Below, in pieces: positions 30,648 through 44,110 of a stretch of 64,000 nucleotides of DNA (within the stretch, counting starts at the first letter, position 1; each line of letters opens with the position of its first letter). A program made the position numbers and the translations under genes. Where the stretch lies: assembly GCF_009914755.1 (NCBI RefSeq), contig NC_060928.1. One strand, 5' to 3'. The notes beneath the pieces are model-generated. The model saw only the letters and a program-made list of their open reading frames with translations. It was not told where the DNA came from and did not search any database. This DNA is from the human T2T-CHM13v2.0 reference genome, Homo sapiens.

Positions 30648-31063
30648 TTTCAAATATCTATAAGAGCTAACACATAGGAACTAATATATATAATAAAATA
30701 CAAAGTTTAAGGTCACCCAGCTTTGAACCTTGGCTGAGAATGAATTGTTTATGCTTATGATTCAAAATAGCAAAAAAATACAACATCCGTTGAAATTTGG
30801 GCAAGTGTAGCTGAAGTTCACTGTAGACTTTTCAGCACATTACTGTCATTTCCAACTTTGGGGTTATTAGTGTTGTTTTCAACATCAGTTACTATCATGT
30901 GAATACTGATCAGGCCAATGGTATTCTGCTAGGCATGCTGGGCTCACCAAAGCATATTTAGATCTGGTTTTAAAGAAGGCCTGTTCTTCTTTAAATTTAA
31001 ATTTTATCCAACAAAAGACCTGTTGATAGAAACACAAGGTCTGAAATTAAGAATATTTAGCCT

Positions 31064-31377
<314 letters not shown>

Positions 31378-31631
31378 CCTAAATTTATACTCCTGGAAAT
31401 CAAAGGAAAATCCAAGAATAAAAGGTATATCTTTTTTTTCCTACTGATCTTCTGAAATAAATTATGATAAGGGAAGAAAGGAGGGAAGGAAAGAAAGAAA
31501 TCCACAGCCTAAAAGCATACACAGATTATCAGTCCCCTCAACTCTTAGGATAGGGGCAGCCAAACACCCCAGCTTTTGATCTCAGTTGCCTTGTCTGTTT
31601 ATTCTAGTGTAGCAGAGAAATATGACAATTG

Positions 31632-31780
31632 TTTTTTTCCTTTCTATTTGTACAAATTTATGGATAACATTTGCAATATTGTTATATTCATAGATCACAA
31701 AGAAGTTAAGCCAGGGTTCTTAGGGTACCCCTCACCTGAATAATGTACATTGTACCCATTAACTGATTTTGCATCATTCT
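31632..31780 (-). mobile_element. L1PB/L1MA-type 3' end fragment
   Basis: ttagggtacccctcacctgaataatgtacattgtacccatt. Confidence 0.75.
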
Positions 31781-34378
31781 GTCATTTTATGTTTGATCCA
31801 TGACATGAAATATGTAAGGAAACACTGATCCAAGGACTTGTAAATTTTTGCTGGACACATCAGTTCCACAAATTTAGTCATCTTGTGAATTCCCCCAAAT
31901 TTTCCTAAGAAACACTTACATTTATAAATTATATTTATTCTCTATTATAACTAAATTATATGCACATCCTCTTTTTTAGCCACAGTGTGAGTTAATCTTT
32001 AAGGAAGCTTTTGTCATTTAGCCTAATTTCATATAGGTTAAAACAATGCATCATCAAGCATTTGGAAAAATATAGTATTTTAGTTATTGAATGCCAACAA
32101 TTCTGAAGTCATTTTCTATATTTAAAAAGCAAAAAGCCTTCTGCTTGGTTAGAAGAGACTTTTTCTGGCTCGTGCTGTCTAGCCCCGGAATGGAGAGTGA
32201 GAGGGCAGGGAATAAGGACTCCTTTGCATAAGGTGGTTTGGTCAGCTGGCACAAATATGTCCTCTGAGCAAAGGCACATGACATTTGTGATCCTGGCACT
32301 GATCGTGAAGGAACCACACCCATTGTCTTCCACATAATTTCCAGCATGCCAGTAAACTCGATCATCTATATTACTATTAGAAAGGTCCCCACTGTGCCTC
32401 CCTACAGCACAGAGCACCAATGTTAGAGACAGGGCTTCCACAAGGCATCGCAGACTTGCTGGAATTCTACATGAGCCTTCCATAAAAACAAATACAGCTC
32501 CAAAAGCAGAAGTTTTTAACTTCTGTAGTGAGAACTATAGAATTCAAACAAAAAGTGAAATAAATAAAAATGCTTAAATGTGAATTTTTTTACACAGTCT
32601 CACCAATCTAAGAATTTATAATTCAAAAAAGAGAAAGCAGAATCACTTTTATATAAATGCAAAACATATATTTCAGTTTTTACTACTCATTATTAGTAGA
32701 TGTTTTTTCACTTAAAATAATTTCATTGGGTATTGCTTAGCAGTACATTTGTACATGAAGGAAAACTAACAATAACCATAGTAAATGATCATCAATAAAC
32801 TTTAAAAACTCATGCTCCAAGCCAAGTAACCACTACAGAATTTGGTGTTTGTTTGTAACAAACTTTTCTTGAACATAACCAGACCACATGTTCACAAATA
32901 ATGGCCTCTAAATGAAGGTAAATAGAGAAACAAGTGCAAGTTTTTCACTGAAAATTCACAAATTAGTTCAGACGTATCTGCAAAATTAAAATGTAAATAA
33001 ACTAAATGCATGTGACTGATAAGAGACTCTGGTTTATGTATGTCATATTTGGCGACTGGTTTTGCCATGCAGATGACTGAAGTGAGCCGTTTTTACTCCA
33101 TAATTTTTATCTCATCTATTTAGTACTAAGGTTGCCCTCCTAAAACCTCTCAGCCTTAGCCTAAGGTTTGATTTTCAAATCTAGCAACAAGCTAGTATCA
33201 GCACAGACCAAATATATCTCAAATAAGAGAACAACATTTCATTGAGCTTCCTTTGATATTGTATTGCATGGTGCATCTCTCCTGGCAGAGTGGAGGAAGG
33301 CTATTGATATATGGTATCCAGTCAAAGACATGTGCTTCCAATTATAACCTTCAAAATAAAGACAGGATACATAACCATATCCCTGGGGGTATGGAAATTA
33401 CACCACTAGAGAAGCATGGCCAGAGGCCAGTGATTTGTAATGGTATACCTAATGAACATTGTATTTTCATCTAAACGTGCATTCTATTTATAATAATATA
33501 AAGCTACGTTTTAGATGAACAGAAAAAAATAGGCGTAACTGGCACAGCCACATAACTATAGACTGAAGAATATTAAATTCATAGAGTATACTAGTGTCTG
33601 GCACAAGGAGACGCATGCCTAGATGAGGGCATGCTGAGAAAAGGTGCTGGCATATACCACAAGAGAAACTACACCCTGGTGTGTAAGAGAGAGCACACAA
33701 GACAGGATTTAGGAGATAAGGTTTCTACATTACACTCTGAATTGTTACCAAATAGCTTCAGAATCAATAAGCAAACTCCTCCAGTGACCTCAATAATAAG
33801 CAATTTCCAAGTTTCAAGGGTAGAGTTGTAGTGTAAATTCTATGATGTCAAGGCCAGTGATAGAGAGAAGGGTGGACTCCACATAAGATCCTGAGCTCAT
33901 AAAATTTGGAAGAAACTTAAGGGCTGCCACATGTCCTGGCTCTTGCTCAATTTCCTTGCCTGCACTGAATCAGGAGAAAGAAAAGTGAAAACTAAACACC
34001 ACGCGGGTCATCCCCCCAGTGCTGATCTATGGGCACCAATGCTGGTATCCATTGGTGTATCTTTACAAGTTGTGAAGCAAGAAGAATATAAAAGTGTCTA
34101 AAAGGGATACAGACAAGATAATCTGGCAAGAGAATCTCAGCTTCACTGAACAATGGAACCTGAGGGAGGCTGATAACTTGCCATATGTTATTCATTGTGC
34201 CAGAAAGAGAACAAGAAAATGATATAAGGAGCAACCCTGTGGTCCAGAAAGGAAGGGGGAAGAAGTAATGGACAATGTCCTGGAAATGGGTATTTTACAG
34301 CGAATGCTGCCTATCACAGTTCAGTGCATGTTTATGACTTTTCAAGGTGTCACCTAAAAAGTCCAAAGTGTCATTGTC

Positions 34379-34476
34379 CTGATTTGATCATCACACAATG
34401 TATACATGAATTGAAACATCACACTGCACCTCATAAATATGTAGTTATTGTGTTAATTAAAAACAAAAAAATTAAA
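34379..34476 (+). mobile_element. very short L1MA 3' end with TSD
   Basis: ctgatttgatcatcacacaatgtatacatg...A-rich tail; flanks aaagtgtcattgtc / aaggcatcattgtc. Confidence 0.8.
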
Positions 34477-35327
34477 GGCATCATTGTCTTAATTTTACAA
34501 GTAAAGCCATTATCTATAATTCTTGCCAGTATGTTATAGGAACCAACAGAAGAACACTACAGACTTTTGATTGTAAATGCTAATGAATGTATTCTTATAA
34601 CCTTTATTAACTCATCCATTCTTAAAAGCTGCATTGATTCTGAACTGACAGTTTACTTCACATTTAGCCAGGGACATAGGAGTTCAAAAACAGACAAAAA
34701 GGAAAACTGAAATTTTGAAAAACAAAATAGAAGCTGAATTGTCATTTATTAAATTAATATAAAATATAAAGAATCAGAACTTCAACAATATATTTTAATA
34801 CTGTAAGGTGAACTATATATCTTAATAGAGCATGACAAGAATAACCAACAAAAGGAGCATTTACTATATTTTTTGAAAGAGCTTTGAGACTTTTTTAAAG
34901 TATAGCTAATAGCAATGTGTTCAAAGGCACTTAACCTTGGGCATAAGCAAGACTTCCTGACCTTAGGATTGATGAAGAATGGGGCATGTTGCCAGGAAGA
35001 GCTAAAAAGCCCCCACTGAAACACAATTTTCCGTATAGGATATAACCCAAGAGTCCAAGGTTGTGTAGATATCAACACACTCTGGGCCAAAAAGGAGATA
35101 TCAGATATAAAAACCACTTCAAGCTCTGTCATTCTATGAGTGTAAAGTGAAAATGCTGTGATTTCCATCACAGTTGTTTCATTTCTCTAATTACTTCACA
35201 AGTTAGAGAATCATGGAATTATAGCAGCACCTTAAACCTGAATCCAAAGATTTTCTAATCTCCCACATTTTATAGGTATGCAATGTTACATTAAGCAATA
35301 GGCAACTGAAATAATAACAAGCTGTGA

Positions 35328-35805
<478 letters not shown>

Positions 35806-36769
35806 ACAACTGTATCCTTTAATTGAATAGATTTATTGAAGTGCTTCTTAATAGAATTGTATGCATTCCATCAAATAGCATACAGAAACTGATTTTTTTT
35901 CTCCTTTCATCTGGGCCCTCATAGTCACCAAAATAGATTTTGAAATAATTTTTCCTTGTGGTAATGACCCTAAAAATTCTCAACGTTAGTGGCATGAAAA
36001 AATAAAACTTGAGAGAAAAATCTTTTTTCTAGTTTACCATTAAAAAAAATTAGATAGATTCAAATAAAACTGAATGAAACTATTGTTTACTTATGCTCAG
36101 TCAAGACAATGTCCTGAAAATAAAGTCTTAGTGAGTATCCGATTACTTGTTTGGAAGGTAGGTAGGTAAGAATCACCTTCTGTTGATTAGGAATTGACCA
36201 ACCTGGGAGATTACACAGAGGATCTAGGTTGCTTCCTTTGCATCTAGCAGAAGTCATCCATTTTATAAAAGTTTGAAAAAAACAATTGGAACCCAATGTA
36301 GCTATAGCCCTGCAAGCACTTAGGTAAATCCTGGTGGCATGAAAGGAGAGAGGCTTCCCAGCCACTGGTCAGTGCAAATCCATTTTATGTAGCATAGGCC
36401 CTCACCAAAAGCAGAGGGGTATGCTTAAGCATGTGCACAAATGAAATCAGTGCCCATTCTTGGATATCAAGGAATCAGTCCCAAGTCCTCCTGGGACAAC
36501 AAACTCATGTTTGCATAGTGAAGGTTTTGAAAATTGTGTGCCTAATCCATCTCTTCTAAAGAACGCCAGGGTCAGCTAAAGAAAAGAAAACGTGGGACAT
36601 TTTATTAGGGGACATCATAGTGTCCTAGGTTTCTGTTACATTAAAGACTATTTCAAGATTTCCTGAAAATATTGACCCTCAGCACTTTAAGAATTCTCAG
36701 GATTTGGGTGAAATGGTGAGAAGTGAAACAAAAAGAGGATTAAAGTGGTATCTCCAGGTTAGTAAATAA

Positions 36770-38053
36770 GAATATCGCTTCTTCATGGTTTGGAAGAATT
36801 AATATTGTTAAAATAACCATATTCCTCATTCCCAAAATGAGCTACAAATTCAGTACAATTCGTATCAAAATACCAATGATATTCTTCACAGAAATAGAAA
36901 AAAAATACTAAAATTCACATGGAACCAGAAAAGATCCTAATAGCTAAAGCAATCCTGAGCAAAAGAAATAAAGCTGAAGGTGTTAAACTAACTGATTTCA
37001 AATTATAGCACAAATCGATAGTAACCAAAACAACATGGTACGGGCATAAAAACAGACAAAATAGGCCAATGGAACAGAACAGAGAGCCCAGAAATAAATT
37101 TACATATTTATAGACAACTCATTTTTTACAAAGGCACCAAGTACATACATTGAGGAAAGGACAGCCTTTTTAATAAACGGTGCTAGGAAAACTGGATATC
37201 CACATGCCAAAGAAAAAAACTAGATCCCCATCCTTTACCATATACAAAAACAAATTCAAGATGGACTAAAGATTTCAATGTAAGTCCTGAAATTATAAAG
37301 ATACTAAAAGAAAACACTAGGTAAATGTAACAAGACATTGGTCTGGGCAAAGTTTTTTTGGGTAAGGCCTTTAAAGCACAAGCAACAAAAGCAAGAATAG
37401 ACAAATGAGATTATTTCAAGCTAAAAGCTTCTGCACAGCAAAGGAAACAATCAACAAAATGAAGAGACAAGCCACAAAGTGGGAGAAAATATTTACAAAA
37501 CTATCCATATGACAAGAGACGAATAACCAGAATACATAAGGAACTCAAATAACTCAATAGTTAAAAAAACTAATTTTAAAATGGGTAAAATATTTGAATA
37601 GACATTTCTCCATAGAAGATAAACAAATGGACAAGAGGTATGTTTTTTAAAATGCTCAGCATTAACAGTCATCAGGGAAATGCCCATTAAAACCACAATG
37701 AGATTTTTTTGTCTTTTTGATAAAAGCCATTGTAACCAGTTATGACGGCTTTTATCAGAAAGACAAAAGATAACAAATGCTAGCGAGCAAGCACAGAAAG
37801 AGGAATACGTGTACACTATTGGTGGGAATATAAATTAGTCCAGCCGTTATAGAAAACAGTATAGAGTTTCCTCAAAAAGCTGAAAATAGAACTCTCATAT
37901 GATCCAGCAATCCCATTACTGGATAAATATCCAAAGGAAATCATTATATTCAAGAAATATCTACACTTCCAGGTTTATTGCAGCCCTATTCACCATAGCC
38001 AAGATATGGAATCAACCTATGTGTACATGAATGGATAAATTAATAAAGAAAAT

Positions 38054-38129
<76 letters not shown>

Positions 38130-38645
38130 TACCCACAATGGAATATTATTCAGTCATTAAAAATAAAATTCTGTTATTTGCAGCAACATGCATGGAACTG
38201 GAGGTTATTATACTAAGTAGAACAAGCCAGGCAGAGAAAGATAAATATCACATGTTCTCACTTATGTGTGAAAGGAGAGCTAAATAAAAGTGGATCCCTT
38301 GGAGGTAGAGAGTAGATTGGTGGTTATCAGAGTCTGGGAAAGGAAGAGGGAAGGGGGGATAAAGAGAAGTTAGCCAAGGGGCACAATACAGTTAAATATA
38401 AGAAATAAGTCCTAGTATTCGATATGACAGTAGGAATATTATAGTTAATAAGTTATTGTATATTTCAAAATAGCTAGAAGAATTGTAATGTTCCAAACAT
38501 GAAAAACTGTTTGATGTAATAGATATTCCAATTACCCTGATGTGATCACTACATATTGTATGTATGTATCAAAATATCACATGTACCCCCAAAATATTTA
38601 CAACTATTATAGATCAGTTTTTCAAAGTAAAAAAAAAATTAAAAG
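36770..38645 (+). mobile_element. 5'-truncated L1MA (MA4-like)
   Basis: Degenerate ORF2 3' half and L1MA 3' UTR (ccaattaccctgatgtgatc...catgtacccccaaaatat) with A tail. Confidence 0.92.
38059..38128. repeat. long (TA)n followed by (CA)n microsatellite
   Basis: Seen directly; about 27 TA units. Confidence 0.97.
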
Positions 38646-38879
38646 AGAATTGAACTTCTTTATATAGCCATTTCTATCAGCGTTTCATAGGAAAACTTTG
38701 GAAAGTTTTACTCAAAAACAGAAAAAAATGAGAGAATATGGATAAAACATAAATAATTACACACAGTAAGCTAAAATAGAGGGAAATACCCACTTCTGTG
38801 AAGCCACATACACACACACATTCCATCCCATGTTAACATAAAACTATGTTATAAAACTTTTGGCACTGCCCCGAAGTGT

Positions 38880-39010
38880 GTCATAAGCAAGTGAGCTTCT
38901 CAGAGGACACCATGCCCTTTTCCTTTTAATACATCCAGAGCCTACATTAGAATTAAACACAATGCCTGACAAACTAGTAGGTGCTCAGTGGTGCTCATTA
39001 AACTGAACAA
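38880..39010 (+). mobile_element. L2 3' end
   Basis: acaatgcctgacaaactagtaggtgctcagt. Confidence 0.6.
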
Positions 39011-39454
39011 TCTCCCTCCATGTCTTTTCACTTAGCCAGAAGATGATGACTTTAGGACAAGACACAATAGCACTGAATATCATGGTGGATGTGAGAAATA
39101 AAAGCAGATCATCAAACACATGTTTAATAGACATCTTCTAACAAGAGTTCATGGTAAAACTTTAAGAAATTCTGTTGTTCTTGGATTTCCAATTCTGCAT
39201 CTAGGTTTTGTTTTTCCAGATAGGCATAAATCAGTAGGAGAAGATTAACTAGAAATCTGGCCAGTTGCATCCACAGTTACCTCTATCACATTTACTTCAC
39301 ACAGGAAGAGCACTGACCTCTGGAAAGAATGTTTAGCCCTTGGTGAGTGGAAATTGGACTAATCAATTTTTTTCTTGGTTCAGAAAATTTGTTGTGACTG
39401 AGACTTTCGCCATCCTTCTACAAAACATTTTCCAAAATGTCTTTGGGGTAACCT

Positions 39455-39652
39455 GACAATGAGTATTTACCATGTGCCAGGCACTGTTCTGAAAATTTCA
39501 TGACAATAATGTATTTAATCCTCAAATCAAGTGAGAAAATTGAGGCACAGAGAAATAGTCTTCTGCAAAATTGCACAGCTAGTAAGGACAGACGTGGGAC
39601 TTGAGCCCAGTCAAACTGGCTCCAGAACCAATATCTTAATCATTATGCTATA
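39455..39652 (-). mobile_element. MIR
   Basis: catgtgccaggcactgttct...gagaaaattgaggcacagaga...cacagctagtaag. Confidence 0.8.
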
Positions 39653-39991
39653 CAAGGCAGTCCCTTCACTTTTGGTTTGGTGTGCCAGTTAATTCAGGAC
39701 AAAAACTCAACCACTTCAAAGTTTAAACTTCCAATGAGGGCTATATTTCCCTGCTGTGGGTTCTCTCCTCCCTGCTCTTCTTTTCTGGGATAGTATCAAG
39801 GTAAAAAGAGAACACCAAATAGCATCCAAGCAATAAAGAAAGGGGTTCTTCTCTGCATCTGTGCTGGCTTCAGCTGTGTCGTCTCATACTACTTCGTCTT
39901 TGGGTGTTGGCTTCTGATCGCTCTGTTGTTCTGCTGGTATCGTAACTGTGCCTCAAAGACTTAAAGAAACCAATGACTAAATTCTTGAGTT

Positions 39992-40475
39992 TGCAGGATA
40001 ACGGATAAGAAAAGAAACAACTTGCCAAAATGCTAAAACTCCCCCTGCTTATGAGATTTAAAAAAACAACAACAACAACTGGCTGAAACCGCTTGGAACA
40101 AAGATGGCCAACTGGAGTTTGCACAGAACAAGTTGCTGACATCACAACCTGAATTTCCAGTGTGTGTTTCAGACCACTGCCTGTGAATTTGCATATGCAA
40201 ACCATGAGGAAGCATGAAAACATAACCATGCATGCCCAAGGACTTTCCAGGCCTTCCATTTTCTTCCACCAATTACCTAATAATCTCAGAAGCCACCCCA
40301 GAACCTTTTCTAATAAAAATACTGCCTTGAAGCCAACACAGGAGACAGATTTGAGCTTGACTCCTGTTTCCTTGTGAGTCTACTTTCAACATAAAACTTT
40401 TCTTTTCTCCAAATCCTGGTGTCATAGTATTGGCTTCTATTGCATCAGGTAGTGAGCCCCCTTTGCTTGATAACA
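39992..40475 (+). mobile_element. ERV solo LTR (LTR47-like, tentative family)
   Basis: TG...CA ends, TATA-like aataaaaa at about 40312, U5-like gtattggcttctattgcatcaggtagtgagccc...taaca; no clear TSD. Confidence 0.75.
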
Positions 40476-41579
40476 GTATAACCGAGTTACCCGTTTCCTT
40501 AGGACAAGTGCTAGCATCTGATGTTGTAATCCTTGCTCAGGCTTCGGACTATGATGTCTACCACACGCTGTGCCCTCCAAACTTAACCTTGGTCTCTTCC
40601 AGTCCATCAGGTTAAGCTTCCTTAACTTCCACTAGGACATAGGTGAACTTCTGGGCCTCCTATTTGCCATTCTTGACCACAGAAGGCTTGGGGTGTATCT
40701 CAGTTCCACCATCCCTGCTCTACTATGGCCACTCTATCTTGGTATGAGGTCCTCATCCCAGAGTTTATACAGGAAGTTGTCACAACTTCCTCTGCTTTGG
40801 GACTCCAAGATATGCTTGCTGATCCCTATCCAGCCCCTTGAGTTATAACAACAAAAGGAGAAGTGTGCAAGTCCAGGTGAAGCCTGGGTCAGGAAGCAGG
40901 CACCCCATCTCTCTTGTTCTAGCCTCCTCTCTCCAGGATTCTTTCTTCCCACTGTTTAGGAAGGGCTGTCCTCATTCCTGGGTAATAGAGAAGTGCCCTC
41001 ATATCACCTCCTGTGCTTTCCTCACTATCAGTTTCTAATACTTCCATCCTACCTCTGCAGCTTTAGTTTCTTTTCTCTCAACACATTTTGACTTTTCCAA
41101 ATTAAATATTTGGGTTTCTCAATGTTTTTTTCCACTGGAATTCCACTGGAAAAATGTTTTTTTCCAAGGGAATTGGCCTCAAAATCCTATTTTGGATGCC
41201 AAAATCTGAAAATTTACTCCTTTGTTCTTGTCTGGGTGTTTCCTTTGAAGCACTGAAGCACTGGATGTCTCAATCTCAAAGGACAGCAGAAGCAGTAAAG
41301 AGCAGAAATGAAAAATAATTCACACAATCACCTTAGTGAATGGAGAACACTTTTGTCAGGCAAAGATCTCACATAAAGCCACCTCATGTGCTTTGGCTGG
41401 CATAAAAATGAAAATTTTAAAAAATAGAATGAACTGCTGTAAATGTTAATTTGTTAGGCTTTTCCCATCATCTCCTTTTTCTTGAGTTGTTTGAAAAGCA
41501 TTAGAACTATGAGAAATCTTTTTCTTGATACAATATCACTGAGTAGATTTAGTGAATTCTGGGACTTAAACAGGAATCA

Positions 41580-41874
41580 GGCTGGGCACGGTGGCTCAAG
41601 CCTGTAATCCCAGCACTTTGGGAGGCCAAGGCGGGTGAATCACCTGAGGTCAGGAATTAGAGACCAGCCTGGCCAACATGGTGAAACCTCATCTCTACTA
41701 AAAATACAAAAATTAGCTGGGTCTGGTGGGGGGTGCCTGTAATCCCAGCTACTTGGGAGGCTGAGGCACGAGAATGACTTGAACCTGGGAGGTGGAGGTT
41801 GCAGTGAGATCACAACACTGCACTCCACCCTGGGCAACAGAGTGACACTTTGTCTCAAAAATAAAACAAAACAA
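41580..41874 (+). mobile_element. AluSx-like
   Basis: Full dimer; perfect TSD aaacaggaatca (41568-41579 / 41875-41886). Confidence 0.96.
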
Positions 41875-41919
41875 AAACAGGAATCACTTGCTAAGAAACA
41901 GAAATCTGAATATTTAACG

Positions 41920-43050
41920 CTAATTTATTTATTCATTCAGCAGATACCTATCACACAGTTGCTGTGTGCCAGGAGCTATACTAGTGCTGGATATACGGTG
42001 GTAAGTAAAATAGTCAAGAATACTGCTGTCATGGAGATTACAGTATTTCAGAGGAAAGACACTGAATGAACAGTATTAGGATTCTTCCCTGAGGATAAGT
42101 GAGAGTTACTCTGCTAGAAGCAAGGACCAGTGAGCAGTTAGCTTCCCAAGCAGAAGAAATGACACCCAGCAGGGTGCCCTCAAGGAGCAAAAAGAACACC
42201 CATGTGGTTGTATCGTAGAGAGGGAAGGCAGAGTAGTAGAAGATAAAAGTAGAGAGGGAAGCAGTGGCTAAGTCACGCATGGCATGATGAGTCATGTTAA
42301 GGATTTTTATGCTATCTTCTAACCAGAAGCCCTTTCATCATGTTTAACCAGAGAATTATGTTATAAGGACTGCATTTAAAGCATTTTCATCATGATTACA
42401 GTAGGAGGAATTGATAGAATAGAGGTTAACAATGGGAACAACAGAATCACTTTAAGAGGATGTTATGGAAGTTCAGCTGACAAATAATGCTAGCTTGGAC
42501 TTGGATCATGGTGGTAGCCATGGAGGGAAGGGGGATGACTGGAAATAAGTTTTCCCGTAGAATGATAGGACTAAGTAAGAGATTAGATATGAGAGGTAAA
42601 GAAGAACAAAAAGATGTGAAAAATCAGTGGAAGAAGTTACCATGACTTTCCTATTCATCACTGCATTCCAGCACAGTTCCTTACAGATTGCAGACACACA
42701 ACTGATATGAATAGGCTGCAAATGGATTGAGATGCTATTCTTTTACTGACCTGGGAAATAATGGAGAAGCAGCACAATTAGAGAGGCTAATATTATTAAT
42801 TCAATTTTGAACATAGGGAATTTGAGATCTCTGTATCATTCAAGTATTAATAAAAGAATTATAAGCACTGAATAGATGAGTCTGCAACTCAAAAGAGGAT
42901 GTGGCTTGGACTTACTCATTTGGGCGTTGGTGGCATATGCAAGGTAATAAAGAAGAAGAATAGAGAAGATTACTTAGGAAAAAGGTATTAAAACGAGAAA
43001 GAAAGAAGGCCAAGAAACCAGGCCTGAGGGACAGTAACATTTAAATCTCA
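41920..43050 (-). mobile_element. L2 (~1.1 kb)
   Basis: Starts at the L2 tail tttattcattcagcaga; tgtgccaggagctatactagtgctggatatac; gttcaattttgaacat-type motifs. Confidence 0.8.
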
Positions 43051-43057
43051 GGCAGAA

Positions 43058-43274
43058 ATTATTTTAAAATATACAATAAAGTATTGTTCACTATAGTCAC
43101 CTCGTTGTGCTGATGTGATTATTACACATTGTATGTCTGTATTAAAACATCATATGTACCCCATAAATATGTACACCAATTATGTACTCATAATAATTAA
43201 AAATAAAAGTTAAATACAAAAGGAAATGGGGACAATAAACAAAACAGTGGCCATTATATTAAAAAAAAAAAAAA
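43058..43274 (+). mobile_element. tiny L1MA2/3-like insertion with 5' inversion and 3' transduction
   Basis: 43058-43110 antisense 3' UTR; 43111-43214 sense 3' end; 43215-43260 non-L1 with AATAAA; A14; TSD aaatctcaggcagaa / aaaacttaggcagaa. Confidence 0.8.
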
Positions 43275-43499
43275 CTTAGGCAGAAGGATTTGCCTGCTGT
43301 CCCCAGCAAATTTTTCTAATGGTAAGTTAATATGTCTCACTGGCTATCCTTAAAAACTTAAAATTGAAGGGATATTTCTGTGTTATTAATAAATATTTAT
43401 TTAAAATCTTCCTTTTCTCAGATAATTTCCTAGGTGCTGGAGACACAGACCTAAGGAATAGTCTCTATCCTGGAAGAGCTTAGGGACCCAACCTGCCAT

Positions 43500-44110
43500 G
43501 TGATTGTGCTACAATTTGTTCTACATTGTGAGTAACAGAAAGTGGCAAGATTAAGCACTTTCCACCTTCATCATAGAGTGCTCTGGGCTCAGCTGCATAA
43601 ACGTAGATATATTTCTGCACATCTAAGTCATAGGTTTTCTAACTGTCACACCAGAGGTAGTAACTAATTAAGTATTGCACATTCTCTTTTAAAGACACAA
43701 AAAAGGAGACACAGGAGCGTGATGGTGGTAGTATGACACCACTAGTATGATAGTGATAGCATGACACGGAGAGATGGCAGTATGAAAAACCACAAGGAAG
43801 TGCAAGCCATATGAAAGCAGAAGTCAAGAGTCAAACGGAATAAACAGTAGAGTAAGAAAAGCAACCGGATGTAGAGTAAACCTCTGGAAGCAGGTAGGGA
43901 GAACAAAATGATAGGGAGCTGAGTTAAAGAGGGGCAGACTGCCCAAGGTTCTGATATATCATTGGTTTCATTGTAATTCTCCATGTGCCTGAAGGTTCAA
44001 TTGCTGACAATTTTCTTACATCTATGCATATCCTTACAATAAACCCCAATTTACAAAAATAACTCAGCAGCATCTCTGCATATCTTATGCTTAAAAACTC
44101 TGATTAACAC
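43500..44110 (+). mobile_element. possible ancient ERVL-type solo LTR
   Basis: LTR-like 3' end cttacaataaacccc...ctgattaaca; family not identified. Confidence 0.4.

Noticed and set aside
36101-36157. Plus-strand 57-nt open exon-like segment (SRQCPENKVLVSIRLLVWK)
   Set aside because: Weak acceptor, unrecognised peptide, no partner exons found.
39794-39964. Plus-strand open frame with a hydrophobic, TM-like stretch (SCVVSYYFVFGCWLLIALLFCW) and several CpGs
   Set aside because: No ATG, no convincing flanking splice pair, no recognised homolog; T-rich composition explains the hydrophobicity.
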